Below are positions 27,712 through 36,494 of a stretch of 64,000 bases of DNA, piece by piece. The DNA lies in the NCBI GenBank assembly GCA_041664445.1, contig JBAYKT010000002.1, positions 8,629 to 72,628 of the forward strand. Direction: 5' to 3'. Position numbers and translations under genes: made by a program. The stretch is from Patescibacteria group bacterium. GTDB lineage: Bacteria > Patescibacteriota > Patescibacteriia > Patescibacteriales > UBA12465. Numbering within the stretch: position 1 is the first letter of the stretch; each line of letters begins with the position of its first letter. Under the pieces are notes generated by a model. That model made no database searches. It worked only from the letters and a program-made list of their open reading frames with translations, and was not told where the DNA came from.

Positions 27712-30360
27712 GTTAACTAGCGAACTGGTGGCCACTCCGAAACAACATGAAGGACTCTGAGGAGTCGCCGCACAGCCCGGACCGGAGCTGGGTTTAAAGC
27801 AATTTTGAAAAATATTTTTTACACCAGAACCAATTTGCGAGTCATAAGTTATTGACTCTAAAAATGGAGAATGCTTTATTTTTGCAATAGTAATATCCGC
27901 AATTCCGTCCAATGGCAAGGAATCGACATCGGAATTATCCAACCAAAATCCCAGCGGTGTTGGCTCTGAACTCTTTAAATTTATAAATCTATGCAAAACC
28001 GGACTAGTTCCACTATCAACTATTTCGCCGCCGGAACGTAAAGTGCTGGACATCATTAAATTATTAAAAGTAATTTCTATCGGATCAGTTGGCGGAATAT
28101 CATTTTGGCCATTAGCAGGATTAATACTGGTAATCTCGGGTGGTGTAGTTTCTATTTTGTCATTTATAAAGAAGGCGTTACGATAGCTATCGCGATTGCT
28201 TCTGTTGCTAGGGAAATTATCGCTGAAAAAGCTAATTGGACCCTCAACAATTGTGTCCCGATTACCATCCAAAGAGTTAAGCGCCGCGTCAATAATACCA
28301 TCTAACTGGAGCGGGTTCGCGCTAGGATAGTTGCGACCGTTAACGTCTTGACAGGAACGATAGCCTAATTGATTTAAGGCGCAGGTTTTGAAAGGGCTAT
28401 AAGCGGCGCAATCAGCGTCACTGGCACAAACTTTCATATTGGCGGCCTTAAGCTCAACCGATAAATTACTATTAGCCGGCAAGCAGTATATTTTTTCACC
28501 GCAACCGTTAATTCCGCACTCATTATCAGAAATAAATTCTACAGTCCTATAGCTACCGCTAACATTAAAGCGTCCACTGACATAATTTCCGCGACAAACA
28601 TAGGCATCACATCGATAAGAGCGGCAATCAGCATTACTGGCGCAAACTGATCCGTCTACTTTACTGGTTGAAGAGGCGTTAACAACTTGGATATAATTAG
28701 CGACTTCAGAGGCAGTCCCGGATAATGTTAGCGGATTCATCGCCTCGTTAAAGTTAACTTTAATTATAGAATTCATTGGTGAGTCTGGACCACCTTTAAC
28801 CTGGCTGGCGAGTTGTCGATCAACCCCGCCCGTAAAGGCGCTGAGACTCAAGGCATTAGTATTACTGGTATTTAAACTTAAATTGTTGCCAGCTGCGCCA
28901 GCAACTTTGGCGGTTAGCAAAACTCGATTACCGGACCGATTAACAATAATAGCCGAGTTGCCACTTAATTGCGCTTGAATATTGGCCGCCTGGATACCGA
29001 TGTCGCAAGTTCCCGGAACAACAATATTATTATTTCCGCCGCTAGTCGCAAAAACATAAACTTCATTGCCGACGCTTAAGGTGTCAGCTAATTTTTCAGG
29101 ACTAATAGTTATCTCCCAAGAATCTCCGGCCGCATGACCAGTAGTTTTAAGACTAAAGTAACCATCAAAAACTACCGTATTTTGACCATCAAAGTCAGAC
29201 ACTCCCAACAAGGCGTTAGTATTACCATTAAATATTTGTGCCTTATCCGGAGTCGCCGCTGGGACAATCACCTTAAACTTGTTAATCAAACCATGATAAT
29301 CAAGCACGACTTCCGCATTAGGCAAAACGCTGATAACACTAGCTGGAGCATAAGTCTGAGGACAACTATTTACAAAAATATCAGCGCTGGCATTTAGAGC
29401 CGGAGTATCGATATTCAATAAATCGCGTTCATTATCCGGACGCGGATAAAGAGAATTAAACATTACTTGGGGTGGCGTTAAATCCAAATTAGTGCTGACT
29501 TCAAATCCCCATTGGAAGCCATTATTGCTACAAGTGCTGAACATGGATGTTCCGTCGTCCTTCTTGAAATCATTAGTTAATTTGATGTCATATTCAGTAT
29601 TGGCACTCTCTGAACCTAAATAACTTAAGGGGGATAACACTAAAGTTAGCTTATCAGCCGAGACGGCCACTGAAACATCAGTTACATTAGTATTTGGAGT
29701 TGGGCAAGAATTAGTACAAGCATCACCCAAACTGCTTTTAAAAATCCGTATAGCCTGAGGGTTAATCAGGGAGCAGGCGGCATTATCGCAAGCGCAGGCC
29801 GCACCGCTAGCATTTACGCACACTGAATCAAGCCCGATAACTTCTTTAAAGCTAATAATAATTGCGGAATTACGAGCGACATTATTCTGGCTATTTTCTG
29901 GGTAAACCATATCAACGGAACAGGCGCCCATTGCCCCAAATCCAGAGTTAGCTAAATTATTGCCGGAGTTCTGAATAGGATTACCTTCAACTCCAGAAAT
30001 TGCTCCCGCTAAGCGTGAGATAATAAAAGTGGTAATTGCCCAAGCAGATAAAGTAACGGCTAAACCGATGGTGGCATTCTTAAGAATTGTTTTTGCCCGG
30101 CTAATCTTATCTTCTTCACCACCCGAAGTCATCCATAAAAATCCAGCGTAGATTATTAAACCTAAAACAATCACCCCCAAGAAACTGAGGATGATTTGAA
30201 TAATACGGCCAACCATCGCACGCGGGTCACCGCCGGCAAGGGCGATAGAATTATTAACGGCGTTAATTCCGAAATCCGCTTGAGCAGACACGAAAGCGAC
30301 CGGCAAAAGAGCGGCGATAGTTACGAAAAGACCGTAAATTATTTTATTTTTTTTCAACAT
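27697..30360 (-). CDS. Giant (887 aa) surface protein, paralog of 21949-27663. It has the same VirB2/TrbC-like N-terminal hairpin and a Cys-rich extracellular region.
   Basis: N-term ...FVSAQADFG|INAVNN...DPRAMVGRIIQIILSFLGVIVLGLIIYAGFLWMTSGGEEDKISRAKTILKNATIGLAVTLSAWAITTFIISRLAGAISGVEG. Many Cys. Confidence 0.8.
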   Translation of the reverse strand: MLKKNKIIYGLFVTIAALLPVAFVSAQADFGINAVNNSIALAGGDPRAMVGRIIQIILSFLGVIVLGLIIYAGFLWMTSGGEEDKISRAKTILKNATIGLAVTLSAWAITTFIISRLAGAISGVEGNPIQNSGNNLANSGFGAMGACSVDMVYPENSQNNVARNSAIIISFKEVIGLDSVCVNASGAACACDNAACSLINPQAIRIFKSSLGDACTNSCPTPNTNVTDVSVAVSADKLTLVLSPLSYLGSESANTEYDIKLTNDFKKDDGTSMFSTCSNNGFQWGFEVSTNLDLTPPQVMFNSLYPRPDNERDLLNIDTPALNASADIFVNSCPQTYAPASVISVLPNAEVVLDYHGLINKFKVIVPAATPDKAQIFNGNTNALLGVSDFDGQNTVVFDGYFSLKTTGHAAGDSWEITISPEKLADTLSVGNEVYVFATSGGNNNIVVPGTCDIGIQAANIQAQLSGNSAIIVNRSGNRVLLTAKVAGAAGNNLSLNTSNTNALSLSAFTGGVDRQLASQVKGGPDSPMNSIIKVNFNEAMNPLTLSGTASEVANYIQVVNASSTSKVDGSVCASNADCRSYRCDAYVCRGNYVSGRFNVSGSYRTVEFISDNECGINGCGEKIYCLPANSNLSVELKAANMKVCASDADCAAYSPFKTCALNQLGYRSCQDVNGRNYPSANPLQLDGIIDAALNSLDGNRDTIVEGPISFFSDNFPSNRSNRDSYRNAFFINDKIETTPPEITSINPANGQNDIPPTDPIEITFNNLMMSSTLRSGGEIVDSGTSPVLHRFINLKSSEPTPLGFWLDNSDVDSLPLDGIADITIAKIKHSPFLESITYDSQIGSGVKNIFQNCFKPSSGPGCAATPQSPSCCFGVATSSLVNGNCQ
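29975..30360 (-). repeat. Copy 2 of the roughly 380-bp repeat encoding the shared N-terminal module
   Basis: See copy 1 at 27280-27663. Confidence 0.6.
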
Positions 30361-30376
30361 TTTGAAAATAAAAAAC

Positions 30377-30405
30377 TTTTAAATTGTCCAGCTTGCTGGT
30401 ATAAT
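30377..30405 (+). promoter_or_regulatory. Extended -10 promoter (TGgTATAAT) for the Rel/SpoT gene
   Basis: TG at 30397-30398 and TATAAT at 30400-30405, about 48 nt upstream of the ATG at 30454. The -35 (ttttaa) is weak. Confidence 0.4.
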
Positions 30406-30453
30406 CAATGTTAGTCTTATTATAGCATAAATCAGATAAATGAAAAACTTTTT

Positions 30454-31920
30454 ATGACGATTGAAAGGATTATAAAAAAATTCTCCGACAACAATCCCGG
30501 AACCGACGCCAGTATTCTAGATAAGGCTTTTATTTTTGCCGATAATGCTCATGCTGGACAACTTAGAAAAAATGGCGAACCATATATCCAACACCCCTTG
30601 CATACCGCCTATATTCTGGCCGAGATCCGGGCTGATTTGCCGACAGTGGTCGCCGGGATTCTTCATGATGTCCCCGAAGATACGGAACGCACGATTGAAG
30701 AAATCGAACAAGAATTCGGTTCTGAAATTGCGTCCTTGGTAAGCGGCGTTACTAAACTTAGTAAAATAAAATACCGCGGCATTGAGAGATATCGAGAAAA
30801 TTTAAAAAAAATGTTTTTGGCGATGACTAGCGACCTCCGCGTTATTTTTATTAAGTTTTGCGACCGCTTAAATAATCTCCGAACTCTAGAAAGTCTGCCG
30901 CCGGAAAAAAAACGACGCATCGCTGAAGAAACTTTAGAGATATATGCTCCGATTGCCGGTCTTTTAGGAATCGGTCGCTTAAAATGGCAGATGGAAGATT
31001 TGTGCTTTAAATATCTATATCCAGAAAAATTTAATGAACTGGAATATGAATATGAAGTTGAAAAAAAAGTTGAACGTCAACGTTTTTTCCATAAAGTAAA
31101 AAGTATTCTGGTTCCTAAACTAGAAGAAGCAAACATTAAAAATTACGAAATTGAAGCTCGCTTCAAACATCTCTATAGTATCTATAAAAAGATGCAAGAA
31201 AAAGACCGTAAATTCAATGAGATTTATGATGTTTTTGCTTTACGCTTAATAGTGCCGACCATTGATGATTGCTATAAAGTTCTGGGAGTAATCCATACCC
31301 TTTGGCGCCCCAAAACCAATCGCTTTAAGGATTATATTGCCGTCCCTAAACCTAACGGCTACCGTTCCCTGCACACCACTATTTTTGGCCCCGAAGGCAA
31401 ACCAACTGAATTTCAAATTCGCACTCGGGAAATGCACGAAGAATCAATTTACGGGATTGCCGCCCACTGGTATTACAAGTCTAAAAGTGAACGTAATTAT
31501 CAACAACCGAAATGGGTTAATGAAATTATTGATATTCAAAAAGAAATCACCACCACTTCCGAATTCGTTAAAAATATCAAAATGGATATTTTTCGCGACC
31601 GTATTTTTGTCTTTTCACCACGCGGCGATGTCTTTGAACTTCCAGAAAAAGCTACCCCGATTGATTTTGCGTATGCCGTTCACGGCAATATCGGCAACAA
31701 AGCTGCCGGCGTCATTATTAATGATAAGCTTGGCAAATTAGACCAAGAACTAAAAAATGGCGACCTAGTAGAAATTATCGTCGAAAAAAACCGCCAATAT
31801 CCTAACAAAGACTGGCTAAAATTTGTAAAAACCAAGCGCGCGCGCGACCAAATAAAAGCTCATGCCAAAAAATCAACTCTAGACAAAATGAAGCGCTTTA
31901 TTCCGGGTATCAATAAATAA
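30454..31920 (+). CDS. Short bifunctional RelA/SpoT-family (p)ppGpp synthetase/hydrolase with HD, synthetase and TGS domains and no ACT domain
   Basis: HD motif HPLHTAYILAEIR...GILHDVPED, synthetase core DVFALRLIV...YRSLHTTI, TGS RIFVFSPRGDVFELPEKATPIDFAYAVH. 488 aa. Confidence 0.85.
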   Translation: MTIERIIKKFSDNNPGTDASILDKAFIFADNAHAGQLRKNGEPYIQHPLHTAYILAEIRADLPTVVAGILHDVPEDTERTIEEIEQEFGSEIASLVSGVTKLSKIKYRGIERYRENLKKMFLAMTSDLRVIFIKFCDRLNNLRTLESLPPEKKRRIAEETLEIYAPIAGLLGIGRLKWQMEDLCFKYLYPEKFNELEYEYEVEKKVERQRFFHKVKSILVPKLEEANIKNYEIEARFKHLYSIYKKMQEKDRKFNEIYDVFALRLIVPTIDDCYKVLGVIHTLWRPKTNRFKDYIAVPKPNGYRSLHTTIFGPEGKPTEFQIRTREMHEESIYGIAAHWYYKSKSERNYQQPKWVNEIIDIQKEITTTSEFVKNIKMDIFRDRIFVFSPRGDVFELPEKATPIDFAYAVHGNIGNKAAGVIINDKLGKLDQELKNGDLVEIIVEKNRQYPNKDWLKFVKTKRARDQIKAHAKKSTLDKMKRFIPGINK

Positions 31921-31943
31921 TCTTTAGAAAAAATAACAAAAAA

Positions 31944-31968
31944 ACACCCCCTAATGAGGGTGTTTTTA
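31944..31968. terminator. Bidirectional terminator between convergent Rel/SpoT (+) and rpsU (-): acaccc-loop-gggtgt plus T5
   Basis: 6-bp GC stem flanked by an A-run and a T-run. Confidence 0.5.
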
Positions 31969-31992
31969 AAAAATATACCTTTTAAGCAAGTC

Positions 31993-32232
31993 TTATCTTC
32001 TGGTGGTTTCCGGAAGTTTTCCTGTTTTTCTTAAAAATTCATTTTTCTTACTCAATGCTAAACCGGATAAAGCTCTTTTCTTAAAGAGACGTTTTGTTTG
32101 TTTTGGTTCTAGATGTTTCTTAGATCTAGCTTTTTCCAAACGCTTGCTATTCTTTAAGCCTTTCTTAAATTTTCTTAAGAAACTTTCAAAGCTTTCGCCT
32201 GGTTTTCTTTTAAAGTCAGCCATAAAATGCAC
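31993..32232 (-). CDS. rpsU: 30S ribosomal protein S21
   Basis: Very basic protein of 79 aa or less. GESFESFLRKFKK / HLEPKQTKRLFKKRALSGLALSKK match the S21 pattern (E. coli NEPFDVALRRFKR / [22 protein letters not shown]). The true start may be the internal Met (MADFKRK). Confidence 0.55.
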   Translation of the reverse strand: MHFMADFKRKPGESFESFLRKFKKGLKNSKRLEKARSKKHLEPKQTKRLFKKRALSGLALSKKNEFLRKTGKLPETTRR

Positions 32233-33622
32233 CTTCCTTTCTATTATTAACTTTTTTTATTGGTTTATCTTTACGCTCCAAACGCTCTCTAACCTTCTTA
32301 AAAACTAAGGTTTCTTGCGTTCCTGAGTCCATATCACGCATTAGGATGGTTCCGTCCATTATCTCTTTTTTTCCTAAAATAAGGCTAGTTTTAGCCTTAA
32401 TAACCACCGCCTCTTCCAATTGAAATTTCAAACTATCAGAAGCAAATGATTGTCTAACGTTAAATCCAGCCTTCCTTAAATCCTCAAATAATTGTAAAGC
32501 TTTAAGTTTGGCTTGATCGCCTAATTGCGCAATAAATACTATATCCTCTTCTGTTTTATTTGTCAAAGCCACTTTATCTTTAATTTTAGCGATTGTTCGT
32601 TCAATTCCAATTGCTAAGCCAGCAGCCGGAGTGGATACGCCGCCCAAAGATTCAATTAAACTATCATAACGACCGCCGCCGCCTAAAGCCAACTTACCAA
32701 CCGTGCCGTCATCATTAATCGGCCAAAACTCAAAAACAATATCATTATAATAATTTAAACCGCGAACAAGATAGGGATTAAAGTTATAGCTAATATTTAG
32801 TTCATCTAAAAATTCTAAAGTTTTAGTTAAATATTCACGACTTTCATCTGATAAAAAATCGGCTAACTGCGGAGCCTCTTCTCGCAATTTCATGCAAGAC
32901 TCATCTTTACAATCCAAAAGGCTTAAACAATTTTTATTTAAACCATTTTTACAAGTGGTGCATAGTTTAGATTTACGACCTCTTTCCTTATAAAAATTTA
33001 ATAATTTAGTACAATATTCTTTTCGGCATTCGCTACCGCCCAAACTATTAACTTGGACTTGAACTTTTACGCCCAACTCTTCAAAGAAGTTATTAGCCAC
33101 AGTAATTAACAAAGCTTCCGCCATCGGCTTGCGTTCACCAATAAGCTCTAAATTGAATTGAGTAGATTCACGATAGCGACCACTTTGTAGTTTTTCCCTT
33201 CTAAAAACCGGACCGAAAGAAAATAGACGCGCTAATTTTTGACCGGAGAGTTCACTGGTTTCTAAATAGGAACGCAGAACGCCCTGGGTTATTTCCGGTC
33301 TTAAAGTCATTTTTTCACTCTTCTCACCATCTACAAAATAAACCTCTTTATCATTATTATGACGACTAGTCTTTTTATACAAATCAAAACTTTCTAAAAT
33401 TGGCGTCTTAATCGGAGAAAAACTATACATCTTGGCTAAATAGCTAGCTTTCTCATAAGCCAAATCAAAACAAGCCTGTTCTAGACCGGTAAAATCTTTC
33501 ATTCCTAATAAACGATTAGGGGTTTTGTCATTCTTCTTTTCCGCTTTAGTCATTTCTGCTTCCACTGAACCCTTTTTTCTTCGAGGCATAAACTTTTGAT
33601 TTAATTTTAATATTGCGGCCAA
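32216..33622 (-). CDS. hisS: Histidine--tRNA ligase. The real start is probably the internal Met at about 33553 (MTKAEKK...RLLGMKDF).
   Basis: Class II aaRS motifs and an anticodon-binding C-terminus. The track start creates a 16-nt overlap with lepB and a non-canonical N-terminal extension. Confidence 0.85.
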   Translation of the reverse strand: MAAILKLNQKFMPRRKKGSVEAEMTKAEKKNDKTPNRLLGMKDFTGLEQACFDLAYEKASYLAKMYSFSPIKTPILESFDLYKKTSRHNNDKEVYFVDGEKSEKMTLRPEITQGVLRSYLETSELSGQKLARLFSFGPVFRREKLQSGRYRESTQFNLELIGERKPMAEALLITVANNFFEELGVKVQVQVNSLGGSECRKEYCTKLLNFYKERGRKSKLCTTCKNGLNKNCLSLLDCKDESCMKLREEAPQLADFLSDESREYLTKTLEFLDELNISYNFNPYLVRGLNYYNDIVFEFWPINDDGTVGKLALGGGGRYDSLIESLGGVSTPAAGLAIGIERTIAKIKDKVALTNKTEEDIVFIAQLGDQAKLKALQLFEDLRKAGFNVRQSFASDSLKFQLEEAVVIKAKTSLILGKKEIMDGTILMRDMDSGTQETLVFKKVRERLERKDKPIKKVNNRKEGAFYG

Positions 33623-34191
33623 GCGGCGGCGTTAAATAAAGCTATTTTATCCAAGGGCCAACCACGAAAAAGAACCTTGCCAGTAATAAAGCTTTTATCC
33701 ACGGCGCCAAAACTGCGAGAGTCCTTAGAATTGTTGCGATTATCTCCCAAAACAAAATATTCGTTGTCGCTTAATTTTAACTTTGCGCCGGTATTATCCA
33801 TAGTCTCCAAACCTGGAGACAAATAAGCTTCATTTAAAGTGAAGCCCGAGGGATTAGAATCATTATAAATAACAATTTTGCCATCCTTAATTTGCACTTC
33901 TTCTCCGGGTAAAGCAATAATTCTCTTAATGAAATATTCTTGGGGGTCTTTTGGATAACGGAAAACAATTACTTGACCGCGGGTCGGCGCGTCAAAACGA
34001 TAGCTAATTTCATCAATTATTAAATATTCATGATCGTGAAAATTTGGCTCCATAGAAGCGCCTTTAACATAAAAGGGCTGAATCAAAAAATAGCGAACAG
34101 GTAAAATGATCGCGAGTGAAATACTCGCGACTTTAACTATCTCCCAAACAAATAAAAAAAATTTACGCATAAATAAAAGTCTAATAATCAA
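33607..34191 (-). CDS. lepB: Signal peptidase I (S26)
   Basis: GASMEPNF (catalytic Ser), KRIIALPGE (catalytic Lys), GDNRNNSKDSR box. Confidence 0.85.
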   Translation of the reverse strand: MIIRLLFMRKFFLFVWEIVKVASISLAIILPVRYFLIQPFYVKGASMEPNFHDHEYLIIDEISYRFDAPTRGQVIVFRYPKDPQEYFIKRIIALPGEEVQIKDGKIVIYNDSNPSGFTLNEAYLSPGLETMDNTGAKLKLSDNEYFVLGDNRNNSKDSRSFGAVDKSFITGKVLFRGWPLDKIALFNAAAWPQY

Positions 34192-34241
34192 GCTTTATAT
34201 TAACAAAAAATTAAAAAAAAATCAAATCTAAATAAAGCCCC

Positions 34242-35294
34242 CTAATTTATGAACATGGCGTCGCCATAACTGAAAAATCGGTATTTTTGCGCCACTGCTT
34301 CTTGATACGCGCGGTCCAGATTTTTCTTTCCGCCGAGAGCGCTCACGAGCATCATTAAAGTTGATGCCGGCAAATGAAAATTAGTAATCAAAGCATCAAC
34401 TACTTGAAATTTAAAACCAGGATAAATAAAAATATCGGTCCAAAAAGATTGTTCTTGCAAAGCCGCTGGTTTTATTTTTTCCCAAACTAAAGATTCCAGA
34501 GTGCGACAACTAGTCGTCCCAACAGCGATGACGCGGCCGCCGCGCTGCTTCGTTTCCAAGATTGATTTTATGGTTTCCTTGCTTATCAACGCAAATTCAC
34601 TGTGCATTTTATGATCGGTTATTTTTTCCACTTTAATCGGCGCAAAAGTGCCGAGACCCACATGAAGCGTCACATATTTTATTTGCACACCTTTAGCTTT
34701 AATTTTTTTCAACAAACTTTTGGTAAAGTGCAGTCCGGCTGTCGGCGCGGCCGCAGAACCAACCTGATGTTTGTCAGCAAAAACTGTTTGATAATTATTC
34801 CTGTCGCTCGCCAGTTGCTGAGAACGCTTAATATAAGGAGGTAAAGGGACTTGCCCAATTTTATTGATTTCCGTAAAAAATTTATTATCGCTCAAATTAA
34901 ATTTAAGCTGCCAAGTGCCGTCGTTGTTATCCTTTATTATTTCCGCTTTTAAGCGCGGCGATAAAATAATAATTAATCCGACTTTAACACGACCACCAAT
35001 TAAACATTCCCAGATATCACGCGCCTCTTTCTTATGCAAAAAAACTTCTACTCGTCCCTGAGTAGCTTCTTTCTTACCAATTAATCTTGCCGGGAATACT
35101 TTAGAATTATTAAGGACCAATAAATCTCCGGGGTTTAAGTAGTTAATAATATCGTAAAAATGTTGATGTTGATAAGCACCGGTTTTTTTATCTAAAACTA
35201 AAAGCCGCGAGTGGTCTCGCGGTCGCAATGGTTTTTGCGCAATCAATTCTGGTGGCAAATTATAAAAAAAATCTGAGGTTTTCCAATTCTTCAT
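34242..35294 (-). CDS. queA: S-adenosylmethionine:tRNA ribosyltransferase-isomerase QueA
   Basis: N-terminal FFYNLPPELIAQKPLRPRDHSRLLVL and overall 350-aa QueA layout. Confidence 0.9.
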   Translation of the reverse strand: MKNWKTSDFFYNLPPELIAQKPLRPRDHSRLLVLDKKTGAYQHQHFYDIINYLNPGDLLVLNNSKVFPARLIGKKEATQGRVEVFLHKKEARDIWECLIGGRVKVGLIIILSPRLKAEIIKDNNDGTWQLKFNLSDNKFFTEINKIGQVPLPPYIKRSQQLASDRNNYQTVFADKHQVGSAAAPTAGLHFTKSLLKKIKAKGVQIKYVTLHVGLGTFAPIKVEKITDHKMHSEFALISKETIKSILETKQRGGRVIAVGTTSCRTLESLVWEKIKPAALQEQSFWTDIFIYPGFKFQVVDALITNFHLPASTLMMLVSALGGKKNLDRAYQEAVAQKYRFFSYGDAMFIN

Positions 35295-35300
35295 ATTATG

Positions 35301-35897
35301 TTAATCCGTTATTTTGCTGAGAGCTTTACGGCGCGCTAACATCATAATGGTAAAACTACTATTTGATAAAATAAGATATATTGGATATAACAACGTGGTC
35401 GCGTTATAAGCATCTAAAGCAAATAGAACAAATATAAATTTAACGGAAGATATCAGCCACGTAAATAGTGTTTCCTCGTAAGGTTTATAATAAGTTTTTC
35501 TAAAAGTAGGAATAAAGGCCAGCGCGTCAGAAATAGTAATTAAAATAACTGCCAATAAAGGATTGGAAGTTAAAATCCAAGCAATCAAGCCCAAAAGTGA
35601 GCCCCCAAAAGCAATCCAATCGGTAATGGTGATTTTCTTTTCCCCCTGGAAGGCGGCTAAAATAGTAATCAAAATACTAATCACAACAGCGACTCCCATC
35701 ACCCAAGCTCCCGGACCGGCGCCTTTTACTATTTGCGCCGCAAAAACTATACCCGCCCCCAAACTCCACATTAACCAGGAAAAGACATGAGGTTTAGTCT
35801 TTTTTTTCAAAATATCTCTCAGATAAGGAATATAGCCAATAACGCTTATCACTGAAGCAAAAATTCCAATAATTACTTTATAATTTTCCATAAGCAT
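35301..35897 (-). CDS. Integral membrane protein (about 198 aa) with an internal two-fold repeat. Resembles a duplicated PQ-loop/SemiSWEET-like 3-TM unit.
   Basis: Repeat 1 is YIPYLRDILKKKTKPHVFSWLMW and repeat 2 is FIPTFRKTYYKPYEETLFTWLIS. It is the tandem paralog of the next gene. Confidence 0.5.
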   Translation of the reverse strand: MLMENYKVIIGIFASVISVIGYIPYLRDILKKKTKPHVFSWLMWSLGAGIVFAAQIVKGAGPGAWVMGVAVVISILITILAAFQGEKKITITDWIAFGGSLLGLIAWILTSNPLLAVILITISDALAFIPTFRKTYYKPYEETLFTWLISSVKFIFVLFALDAYNATTLLYPIYLILSNSSFTIMMLARRKALSKITD

Positions 35898-36492
35898 TAT
35901 TTATAATTCTTCTTCTAATAATAAGCATGGCGATAAAAATACTATTTGAAAAAACAAGAACGGCCGGATAAAGCCAGGTTGTCGGACTATAGGCTTCAAG
36001 GGCAAGCAAACTGATGACGATACCAACAGTGGTGGTTATAAAAGCGGGCAGGGTTTCTTCAAAGGGCTTACCGTAAGCTTTTCTAAAGGTAGGCACGTAA
36101 GCCAAAGTATCAATGACGCAGGCTAAAATAACGGCCGCTAAAGGATTGTTAGTTAAGGCCCAAAGAATTAAAGCTAAAATTGCTCCGCTGAAAGATAATT
36201 TATCAGTTAAAGTAATTCGTTTCTCTCCGCGAGTAATAGATAAAACGGCAATGATTAAACAAATTAAAGCAGTTAGTCCGTTTGCCCAAGAGCCTGCTCC
36301 GGCTCCTTTTATAATCTGCGCCGCATAAGTAATCCCGCCTAATAAGCCCCAGATAAACCAAGAAAAAATATGCGGTTTCGTTTTGCCCCTAAAAATATCT
36401 CGAAAATATGGCACATAAGCGACAACCGCAATTACTGAGGAAATTATTCCTAGAAATATTTTATGACTTTCAATAAAATCTAATAAGAACAT
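35878..36492 (-). CDS. Integral membrane protein (204 aa), paralog of 35301-35897, with the same internal PQ-loop-like repeat
   Basis: AYVPYFRDIFRGKTKPHIFSWFIW and AYVPTFRKAYGKPFEETLPAFI. 20-nt overlap with the downstream paralog. Confidence 0.5.
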   Translation of the reverse strand: MFLLDFIESHKIFLGIISSVIAVVAYVPYFRDIFRGKTKPHIFSWFIWGLLGGITYAAQIIKGAGAGSWANGLTALICLIIAVLSITRGEKRITLTDKLSFSGAILALILWALTNNPLAAVILACVIDTLAYVPTFRKAYGKPFEETLPAFITTTVGIVISLLALEAYSPTTWLYPAVLVFSNSIFIAMLIIRRRIINNAYGKL

Positions 36493-36494
36493 AA

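Noticed and set aside
30196-30414. 72-aa plus-strand ORF spanning the 887-aa gene start and the rel promoter
   Set aside because: Overlaps the paralog N-terminal coding region on the opposite strand and the promoter elements. No support.
32003-32308. 101-aa plus-strand ORF
   Set aside because: Antisense to rpsU and the hisS 5' end. Phe/Leu-rich mirror of a Lys-rich gene.
33553-33622. N-terminal 23-aa extension of hisS overlapping lepB
   Set aside because: Canonical HisRS begins near ...RLLGMKDF. The internal Met (MTKAEKK) gives a standard N-terminus and removes the overlap. The extension is probably an ORF-calling artefact.
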